Source: Sphagnum compactum (Eukaryota). Taken from it: 64,000 nucleotides of DNA. The notes under the pieces are model-generated. The model saw nothing but the letters and a program-made list of their open reading frames with translations, ran no database searches and was not told the origin of the DNA. A program made the position numbers and the translations under genes. Below, piece by piece: positions 54,163-64,000 of this stretch (position 1 is its first letter; the number at the start of each line of letters is the position of its first letter). The stretch lies in contig OZ234494.1 of NCBI GenBank assembly GCA_965153455.1, positions 9,982,001 through 10,046,000 of the forward strand, written 5' to 3'.

Positions 54163-55233
54163 TATGCGGATCAATATCCTAACTCTCAGTTCTCTCTCAT
54201 GAGAGGACTAAGATGAAACCTTTTTTTTTTAATTATAAATTGAGAATCAGGAGAACATTTTATTTTTCTTTAGATCCGATTCCCAACTAAAAGGCTTAAG
54301 TGATAGGTATAGGGGTTAAATAGCAGCTTCGGAAAAAAGGAATCCTAACTGGCCATCGGGTGTAGGGGGTTAGGTAAGAACTAGAAACTTCTAGAAGAAG
54401 GATCTTAAACCCTAAATGGTGCCCAATTTTGCTCTCAACATCACTACTTGTTCCCACCTGGCTATTCCCACCTACTTCCACCATCATCGCTTGTTCTCAC
54501 ATGTTTGCTCTTGCCTATTTCCACCATCACTGTTTGCTCCTGCTTGCTTTTGCCATCATCGCCCACTCCTGCATGCCAGCCCCCCATCATCGCCACTTGT
54601 TCCTGCTTGCCTACTCCCGCCTGCTTTTGCCATCGTTGCTTCTTCAAGTACCTTGCTTGCTTTGTCACCTACTTGCTTACCTTATTGTTTACATATTTGA
54701 ACTTTGAGCTCACCCTTCTTGTTTGGTACTTCTTCCCTTCTTTATTTGTGCAAGAGGTGGAGCATAAAAGGCACAACAACCACCTCCAATTTAATAATTT
54801 TTTAAAAAAATTCATGTTTTCATTTTTTTTTTTATTTTTCTCTTGGATTTGTAACTTAGTTTTTCATTTTTTGTCGTTTTTTTGAAGTTAACTGTTAATT
54901 TTGTGTTTTTTGTTTTACAAGTTTTTAACATGTGAACTATGCATATTCCCAAACAGTAAACACATAAACCTTAAACCCTAGACTGAACATTAATCAACTA
55001 AAAGGTTTTTCATTTTTATTATTATAACCCTTTATTATAACTTCATTTTCATTTTCTTACCTTAAGCCTTTTTGCTTTGTAAATCCTTGTAAATGTTTTC
55101 TAAGCTTTCAAACCTTTTGTTGCATTGTTATCTTTTGTTTGTTTGTTTATAATTATATGCAATATTTGAAATAGATTTGGTAGAATATTGTTGATTATTT
55201 TTGTTTTTCTAAATCTCTTGTGAAAATTACAAC

Positions 55234-56788
55234 ATGGAACATTCATTAGAAAATGAAAACAAACTAAGTGAAACTTGTGACCTTTTCATGAATGAAAATT
55301 TTATGGAAGAATAGAATGTGGAAGAACAATTTGAAATAAATCCTAGTATGGAATTTGAAATTGGAGGAAATTTGCAAATTAATAATGAAAAAGAAATAAT
55401 GTAACAACATCTTTAAAAACTACATAATCAAAGGAAATTTTCGAAACTAGAAGGAAAAAATGTTTTGTGTTAGTCTTTCTTTTGCATAAATGATAACAAA
55501 CCTATGAACTTAGAGCAACCACAAGTAATGAAATGTTTGTTATGTTATAATGCACCCATGAATGTTTCAAACCCAAGAACGCAGGGAAGAAAAGGTCTAA
55601 TTTCATATTATGAAACGAATGGTATAACATCCTTAAAAAACATGTGCATGTTAATCACTATTTAATTTCCAAAAAATTTGAAGAAGAAGTACAAAATATG
55701 ATGAGAGGAAGTGTAGAAAGGCAATTAGCAAAAAAATGTTTCAATCCATTTCTCCATATATAAAAAAATAATTGCGAAGGATTCATTTTTTTTAAATGAT
55801 ATTTAACAAAAGGAATTTGATGAAAATCTAGGCTTGTTAATTATAGAAAAAAAATTGCCAATTCAATTGTTGAGAGTATATGGTGATTTTCGTTCCATTT
55901 ATGTCCAAGACTTAATTTTCCTTTCAAAAGGCAAGTTTCACCAGAGATTTTGTCAAATTTGGTGGAGAAAACTAATTAACCGTGTGTTCTACCTAATCTT
56001 ACAAAATGTTATATAACAATTGTAAGCTTTGATTTATGGATGAATAAAGGTGCTCATGATATTTTTGCTTTGGTTGTAATTTTTTTAGGATCTAATTGGC
56101 AATCGAAACATATAATTGTTAAACTATTTGAAGCTATAAAAACTTTTAAATACGCATTGGTTTGAAATTTGCAGATCTGTTGGACAAATTTGGTTTGAAA
56201 AAAAAAATCATTACATATGTGAAAGATGAAGGCTCAAACTTGAATGCAATGACTTTTGTTCTAAAATTTGTTGTTAATTGTGAAACATTAGGTTTATAAG
56301 AATGTTTCAATGGTACTTGTTTTGGGCATGTTTTTTTTAAAGCATGTCAATATGCTACTATTAATGAAAAAGTGTGCAAAAATATAAGGTATGTATTTAT
56401 CAAGGCAAGTCAAGCAAATTTGCAAAAGTGCATTACATGGCCCAAAAATTCTAGAAAAGGTAGGTAAAAGTGGACCAAAGCTTGTGTTGAAATTGGGATT
56501 CATCCCAAAAAACTTAATACCCCAATGAAAACAAGGTAGACACTAAACTTTTATTTATTTTGTGAAAAAGTTAATTTTTTGTTGAAAATTGTTAATCTAT
56601 TTTGTTTCTATCACATATTAATAATTTATTTTGTTCTTTTATTTTATAGGTTTGCTAGTAAAATCATTATGTTTCAAGAAGCATTGTTGTTTTGAACTGT
56701 TATAATTTTGTGTTATAATAGACAAATTGTTATGAGGGTGGCTAGCCGAGTACCTCCACCTCTTACATCGCACATCTACCAAAATATT
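55234..56788 (+). mobile_element. Decayed hAT-family transposase relic (copy 2), truncated on the right
   Basis: Fragments MKCLLC, KGLISYYETNGITSL (BED-finger-like), SFDLWMNKGAHDIFALVV, YVKDEGSNLNAM, FNGTCFGH, LNTPMKTR|FAS with an intron-like gap at 56536-56649. A possible left terminus CAGTGTT lies at 52903. Confidence 0.78.
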
Positions 56789-56954
56789 CACTACTACAAA
56801 TCATGGTTCAAATTGATTAACTTGTTATTTTAATTACTGGACACGTACATTTTGACTAAAGGCCAAGGGTTTGAATGACACATATATTTGTTAACTGATC
56901 AACTTGATTATAATGGTTTATTTGATTAAATACACATTGTCAAATTATACAACT

Positions 56955-57235
56955 TTAATCAAAATGGTCAATGATTTTTAATCAAGATGATCAATGGTTT
57001 TAGTCAAATTGAACATTTAGTCAAAATGGCCAATGACCTTTAGTCAAAATGACTAATAGTTTTTAGTCAAATTGAACATTTAGTCAAAATGGCCAATGAT
57101 CTTTAATCAAAATGACTAGTGGTTTTTAGTCAAATTGAACATTTAGTCAAAATGGCCAATGATCTTTAGTAAAAATGACCAATGATTTTAATCAAATTGA
57201 ACATTTAGTCAATATGGCCAACGATCCTTAATCAA
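56955..57235. repeat. About 62-bp tandem repeat (roughly 4 units) built from TAGTCAAA subunits
   Basis: TTAGTCAAATTGAACATTTAGTCAAAATGGCCAATGA recurs near 57000, 57064, 57126 and 57188. Confidence 0.85.
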
Positions 57236-57644
57236 GTACAACATAATCTATTACCTTATGTATCTACCTCCTACTTACTCATCCACCTATTTATTTAGTT
57301 AGTTATTTACATACCTATTACACACCCACCCACCTACCTATTTACCTATACTTTCTCACCCACTTATTTACATACCTACTTACATTTTTCACCTTCATAC
57401 GACCTACCTACTTACCTACCCACCTACTTACATATTATCTACCTATCTATCCACCCACTTACCCACCTATATTAACCCACTAAATGTAAACATTGGGTTT
57501 AACCAAATTTTAGTCATTTGGTTTAATTTAAATTTAACCACTATGTTTAACCATTATGTTTAGCCATTAGATTTGGCACTAGTTTTTGCTTTAGTTGAAC
57601 CATTAGATTTGGGTAATAAGTATAACCTAAATTCAACCATTAAG

Positions 57645-58540
57645 TGTAGGACACAACCCTAGCTTTGAGGTCATGACCAACGCAAAGGCATGGAAAGGTG
57701 CGGGTCAAAAGTGCAACCCGATAATCATATTTGCACTCCCGAGAGTGTGAAGGAATGAACCCACACATTCCCAACTAGAGTCTCACTTTGGGAATTGGAA
57801 TTCCCTATGGAGTCCTGAATTTTCAAAGAGGTATTTCAGGGGTCAAAACTCATTGGATTCAAAAAAAAATTATACCATTGTAAAGTTCATGAAACATACA
57901 TGTTTGAAATGAGCTTGCATGACCCATTTGAGTACTTAAAACAAAAGCTATGGCCAAAATAAAAGTTAGGAATCAAAGTGTCAATATGGTTCCCGACCAT
58001 TAAAAGTCAGGAATCACCATGAAATACGTGCGTGTAAGTAGAATGTTACATATCATTTAAAATCTTTTGACGAGGGCTATAACTTTGCTTTAGACTTCAT
58101 TTCAATCGGAGGTTTACACAAGAAGTTATGGCCTTTCAAAATGTCGGTAGTCCCAATTTCGGAAGTCCTAAGACAAAATGAAATTTGAATGCAACCCCCG
58201 TGGCTAATCAAAAAAAACACTATAAGGGGGAAGGTGGTGGTTTCTTGAAGTTCGAGCCATGGTGAATCTGGTGAATCCGTGTATGTTCATGATTTGTTCG
58301 TGCACCAAAAATGTTCCAACTACGCATTAACCAACTTATTGTTTGGTTTATGCAGCTCCGTGTGAATAATTGACCTGCTTATCATACATCCTAGTCCCCA
58401 TCCCAGAGTTCTAGCATGCCCCTCTACCCCCAAAGTGTTGCAAGTTAGGGAACATCCCCAACTCCTTATTCTTCCGCTAGTTTCACTTCCGGACTCGCAT
58501 TTGAGTCTTTCAAATAGTGTGAAAGTGTGGGGGTACGTCA
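57645..58540. mobile_element. Solo-LTR-like retroelement repeat, about 0.9 kb
   Basis: A block of higher GC bounded by TG...CA (TGTAGGACACAACCCTAGC ... GGGGTACGTCA) interrupts a TTAACCA-rich tract that resumes after it. No ORF, and no clear TSD. Confidence 0.55.
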
Positions 58541-60630
58541 TATAACTTAGGTTTAACCACTATAGTTACCCATTAGGATTAACCATTATGTTTAACTTTT
58601 TACTAGAACCTTGGGTACATAATATAGAAAATGTTGTGTTTTACACTCCTTGTCCCAAGGTCGCAAAAGTGTAGGTTGCTTATGCACAAGCATAAGTTAT
58701 TTATGAAAAAGACAATAAGGTGACCTTGCAAAATGTTAGGCTATCTAGAATGCAATGTGCCTGGGTTTTTCTTTTATTTTTTGATGCTCGTTAGGTTTAA
58801 ACATGGATGTAAACTTGTTTCGTTTGTTCGCCAATAATGGTTTTTTTTTCCCTCCCCCTTCGTAACCTTTAATTTTTTTTAGTTTCTATTTAAAAATTGG
58901 TCAAGTAAGATACAAACATTGATGAAGAACAAGATTGTGTGTGATGGTGGTTTTGTTTCCTATTTTGGGTTTCCATGATTTTCAACTTTTCATCCCTCAA
59001 CAATTTCGTTTGGCCCACAAAATCTCTCATGTCTTTGCACTTTCCTTTTCTATTTATGCACAAATAATACAATAGTGTCGGCAATAGTCCAGGTGCCCAA
59101 GTTCGTCAGAAGAGAGGAGAATCTAGAATAGGCTAATCTTGAATTCATCTAGAAGCCCAAATTAGTCTTTTAGTACATCTTTTTTCCCTTCCAATTTTTT
59201 CGCAACTTCTTTTAAAATATCAAGGTGTATTTCATTTCACATGTTGTTGTTTTAGTAGATGTTTTTGTTATGTCCTCTCTTTATGTCCTCTTTTCATGCA
59301 ATATTCTACAATTGTTTACTATGTATTCTCTTTTTCCTTGCAAATATTCATGCATCTTTTGTCGTTTTACTTGTTGTTTCAAATATGTTTTTTCTTTTTG
59401 CAATTTACAATTGCTTAGTATAATGTATTTTTTCTTCTTTGCAATTTTTTGTGACATATCTTCACAAACCAAATGTGTGTCATTTACATTTTTTGTTTTT
59501 TTTACCAAATTTCTAGTATTCTTCTTGTTTTACACTATGGAACTTTTTGGTACATGTTTTTTTTTCTTCCTTGCAATTGTTTTGCAACTTTTTTTCAAAT
59601 ATTGAAGTGTATGTCATCTACTTCTATTGTTGTTATACTAGATGTTTTTGGGTTGTTTTTTTTTCTTGCAAATAAGAGTTTATTACACTTTTCAATTTCT
59701 TTAAATGCAACAAATTTTTAAAAAAAGATGGGATACATGCCAATTGGGATAGACATGGTGGCATATGTCAAGAATATGTTGGTGGATGGGGCTCCTATTA
59801 AGTTCTTTTCATATATAGTGCAAATCAATGATTTAAAGCAATTATAAAGGTTCATGACTAGGGCCTTGCATAATCATTCTCAAATGTTCCATCACATAAA
59901 TGTTGATGAAGCTTATAGAAAAATTGAAGTGCTACTATCCATCCATGAACTTATGTTATAAATCATTCATATCCTTTGACAACAAAAAAAACAATTTTTG
60001 CACACAACATTAAAAGAGAGATTAGCCATGTTCAAAACATTTAAGGTGATTGCTCACCACGCCCAACTTTTAGTTCAAAGAAAACACCTTTCGTTGATGC
60101 TTGATTGTGTGGGGAAAGATTTTGCAAACAATAAACCTAGATGCTTGATTATTTCAAAAAGAAATAATTGTATGCCTTGATCAGTCATTTTGCAAGAGAA
60201 AACTGGAGGTGGAGATGGTTGTTAAGGCTTCCCAAAAACAGCCACATGCATATTTTGTAAATAAAAACTTTTCATGAAAGGTTAATATTTTAAATGTAGT
60301 TGTTCGCTTTAACACATTTTCATGCGCTCCACCTTGCTACAACAACTTGCTTTACTTGCAATCTTCCCTCACTCAACAATGATACACATATTGTTGGTCT
60401 TGTCTCAGATGTGGTACCCACCTTTTTACAATTACAAGCAGAATTTGTAACATTAGGATTTTCGATTCTACTAGCAAAATGTGTAGCTTGGTCTCCACAT
60501 GGATTAAATCTATCCATATCACTTCTTCTAGGTTTTTTTACACTCGGTGTGTAGGTTTTCACATTCTATGTGCATTAGTAAGTTTTATGCCATTTATGGA
60601 GTCCTTTGTCATTAAGGCATTTTAGTAGTG

Positions 60631-61985
60631 TTTCAACACCATAGTTAGCCTCCCTATGTTTGCAAAGCCACATGCAACCTTTGGGACGTTTTTGCTTTGT
60701 TATGCCCAATGCCTAGACTATTTACTACATATTGTATTTTTATTTCCAAGTATTAGCTTGCAACATTATGTCGAATTTGATTCATGTACCATGGCTACGA
60801 TGGAGAAACTATTGGGCACGGGATCTTTCGACATTACGGTGGGTCATTTGGCTTATCATTGAGTCATTTTACCTACTTTTTTAGGGGGTTTGGCCTCCCC
60901 TTAGTGGTTCAACTTGTTGCCTTTGCATTCTTAAGATGTTGGGTTCTAATCATTCTTGCATTTATCATTCGTTTTTAATGGGATGATCACCCCCTTTTTT
61001 TTTTAATGCGGTAACACATGTTGAAATCAACATTTTCCCCTTCCAATGGGCATTTCAAGATACCTGAGCTTTACTATCCCATGTCCGTCTTTAGGTCCCC
61101 CCTTTGAAAGTCTTGTGGTACAATTGTATTCTCATTTATAGGCTTCTTTGATGGATTTCCTACATAAGCAAAAGTTTACCACATTTTTAGTGGATATTAT
61201 TTTAGACACCATATGAACACGTCTCTAGTCTTATGTAGATCCAACCATAGGTGTTTGGTTATTAATTTGCCCTATCACATTTGCATTTTGTTTGTCCTTG
61301 GTTTGCTTCTTCACAACGTTATGTACCCACCTTAGTTTGCCACATCCAACAATTGCACATTTTTCACATTATCAATGTGGACATACCATTGATGATTTAA
61401 TTATCCATTTGTTTCAATGCCCATGTGAGAATGAATACACAACAACCCACGATACTCTTTCAAATATTATCTCAATTATTGTTGTGGAAAATAGAACACA
61501 AATATAGAGAAAGGTTTCCTACCTTTTCCCCCACCACACTTAAGGACAAGTTGATATTCTTATCAATAGAAACAACTTTCAAACCTTAGTGGACATTGTC
61601 ATACTTGATCCAATTCGCACGAATATGGAACTATCTGCATTATCCATGACAACGCATGAGATGATAGTTATTGCTTAAGAGAAGACACTCATATGCGGAG
61701 CGCACATCAAGAGATGACTTTATTCTCCTTGCCATAAAAACTTACAATTGTTTTCATTCTTGTTTTGATTCCTTTTTGACTAGTGCTCATGCCACTATAG
61801 CTCGTCAATAGCGATCCTCTTTAATTCATGTGATATTTATTTCTTATTATTAGTAACATGTCCATAGCCCTCTACCATGGGCAAGCCATTGCCATATTTT
61901 CACGCTTGAAAGGCATTCTTCATATCTTCCACACATCACAACTAGTGCACCTTTGTCACTAGTCAATTTATGACAGATGACGTGC
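60631..61985 (+). mobile_element. Decayed non-LTR retrotransposon of restriction-like-endonuclease (CRE/R2-like) type, 3' part
   Basis: Broken frames give a post-RT GGxGL-like segment (about 60880), a zinc knuckle (QCGHTIDDLIIHLFQCPCENEYTTTHDTL) and an RLE-like VDILI...TLVDIVILDP segment. Confidence 0.6.
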
Positions 61986-62339
61986 TTTAGTTTATGATCT
62001 TTTATTTTATTTGTATATTATTGGTGTCGTGATTGTTATGTTCTTTATTGACTTGTGTTTTCATGCTTTTTTCTACCTTATACTTCTTGCAGATGGGCTC
62101 CCATCCCTACTTTTTTACACACAGGTATTATTATATACAGGTTTTTTTATTAATACCTGTGAATTATTTTTTATTAATTCTATTTTGATTTTGAATAAAA
62201 AAATGAAAAGAACTCCGAGAGAATCCGCCGTTAGTGGAATTGTAAGCTCGGTAAAAACGAACCTAGAGTGGATTAAAACCGAGCCTACAACGTAAATAAG
62301 AACTCATTCACGTTTTGCCGACTTTTTATCAGGACGCCT

Positions 62340-62460
62340 GGAGCTTGCCCGGGCCCACACACTGCGCAACCCGGAAACGCGAAGGCCCGGGTAGCCCGAG
62401 AAGGCGCAGGCCGGCGGTGGTGCACACTGGAACTGGAACCGCGTTTTAGGGTTTCAGGAA
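62340..62460 (+). promoter_or_regulatory. Putative proximal promoter of the CENP-O-like gene
   Basis: GC-rich tract with GGGCCC(A) / GGCCC site-II-like motifs and a telo-box TAGGGTTT (about 62447-62454). A 5'-UTR intron acceptor TAG|G lies at 62628. Confidence 0.4.
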
Positions 62461-62714
62461 GTGAGCTTCACGCGATGCGTTTCTTCGCAACACGCAGAGA
62501 TGCGCAAAATGCTCTTGTATTGTCTGTCTGGGTTCGTCAGTACCTTGCTCCTTGCGAACATCAGCGCATGATGCAGAATTTTCTGTAGTTATACATACAC
62601 ATCTGTATGTTTTTTCTTTTTTCTGTAGGTGATGGGGCCTCTTGTTTGGTGTAAAAACTAGTCAACGGGAGTCACAGGGCGGGCGGAGAAGTGAAGAGGG
62701 GAGGTGCGAGAGAT

Positions 62715-64000
62715 ATGCCTGAGGAGAAGGAGAAGAAGATGGTAGGGGAGCGGAGGAGAGCTCAACGGATCAAGCGTGTGTTGGCCGATACCACGCCGCA
62801 TCACTTGGAGCAGCTAACGAAGCAGACGCGAGCCCTGACTGGGGACGATGAAGGGGCCGACGTTCAGGGATCGTCTATGGAGGCAATCCGTGCTAGATTG
62901 GGGAACCTGCAGCAGAGGCATTCCAGTTTACGGGACAAGCTCACCAAGGCGAATCCACCTCACAAAGACTTTAACGCGAAGATGGAGGTCTGTTTGTGTA
63001 TTATTGTATGCATGCATCAAAGTATTGTTGCGCTCAACCCAAAATTGTTGTGGCAATCTCGTAGATACATATTTGCATGAAAGTTCAAACCCTAGTGCCC
63101 CAGCAGCCTCACCTGAAACTCAAGAAGTTAAACCCTTCTGAAGTTTTTCGAGATTTGTGGCAAGATCCTGGTTGCTTAACTGCTCGGGCTTAACATCCAA
63201 GCTCAATTTTGTGACATATGTGAAGAGTCTGTCCGGAATTTTCACAAACAATTTTGGTTGAGTTATGGCAGCATGAGCGGCAGGATCAGTGAATTAATTA
63301 CCTACATGATCTTGGTTGATTTGCTTGTTGATTCTTGAGTATATGGAGTTCTCTGCCATATCAGTGGCCTTGCAACTCTTATTCTCTCCGATTACCCACC
63401 TGTAGGTGAAAGAATTTGTGAATCTTTTGAGCCATATAGGTAACAAGATGTTGGGTAATGCTGAAAATTTAATTAGCTACTGCATCTGATCTTGGAAATT
63501 TGTGCAGTTGGAATTCAAAGAAGGAGAGACAGAGAGCATTCTTTTGGAGGGAGATTCATGGAATGATGATGTCATCACAGAGCTCCAGGGAAGAATCTCT
63601 GAGAGTGGGTCCAACAGCAGAGGGGAGGAGGATCAACTAGTTGATGTGAAGCCTGAATTGTATGAGAAACCAATAGGTATGATATTGTTGCATCCACTTT
63701 GCCAGGATTCACTTTCATGAGTGGCAAGCTTCATGCATGACAATACCTTCATTTTATGTTCTCTATGATTTTCTGTTGGTACTTTGCATTTTATGAGAAA
63801 ATTGCAACTGAGCCTGGAATGCAGTGAACATGAATTCTGATGCTGTTGGTTGATACTTGTAACAGAAAGGCAGAGTGTGATGTATAAACTTCATAGGAAA
63901 ATGATTCATGGAGTGAGTGGAGGGCGAATCTCTGTTCGTTTTGACACTGGTTTTGGGGAGGAAAAGTGTGAGAGCTATTACTGTGTGCTGACCAGCAGTT
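62715..64000 (+). CDS. Centromere protein O (CENP-O)-like; gene continues beyond the right edge
   Basis: Exons 62715-62987, 63508-63676, 63866->64000 in frame: MEAIRARLGNLQQRHSSLRDKL...ILLEGDSWNDDVITELQGRI...RISVRFDTGFGEEKCESYYCVLTSS, resembling plant CENP-O as I recall it. Start codon uncertain. Confidence 0.75.

Larger units (their letters stand above)
56789..60630. mobile_element. Probable CACTA-family element (decayed, carrying a nested insertion)
   Basis: Starts CACTACTACAAA (56789) exactly where the hAT relic stops, followed by subterminal tandem repeats. Candidate right end TTTTAGTAGTG (60620-60630). The flanking trinucleotides ATT / TTT are only an imperfect TSD. Confidence 0.55.

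Noticed and set aside
63406..63439. Extra CENP-O exon between AG and GT sites
   Set aside because: Its 34-nt length would break the frame, whereas direct joining of 62987 to 63508 is in frame and fits the family.

Overview
Eukaryotic land-plant nuclear DNA with GT-AG introns and AT-rich, transposon-filled spacers. The repeat landscape looks moss-like (possibly Sphagnum), which is an inference only. I reconstructed seven spliced genes by hand from splice sites and reading frame: SEC-type O-GlcNAc transferase (minus, runs off the left edge), LESV-type Trp-rich starch-granule protein, Yippee-like protein, His-phosphotransfer (AHP/HPt) protein, ATX1-type copper chaperone, cytosolic glycerol-3-phosphate dehydrogenase, and a CENP-O-like gene (plus, runs off the right edge). 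There is also an orphan two-exon fragment of glutaminyl cyclase. The spacers hold three decayed hAT-type transposase relics, non-autonomous Helitron-like elements, a probable CACTA element containing a solo-LTR-like repeat, and an RLE-type non-LTR retrotransposon relic. The least explained features are a 57-bp tandem array upstream of the HPt gene with an AAGATTG (type-B response-regulator core) in nearly every unit, a long near-perfect fold-back at about 29.3-29.4 kb, and the orphan glutaminyl-cyclase exons next to a Helitron-like 3' end. I found no clear-cut new biological system; these are hypotheses. All family assignments come from recalled motifs, not database searches.
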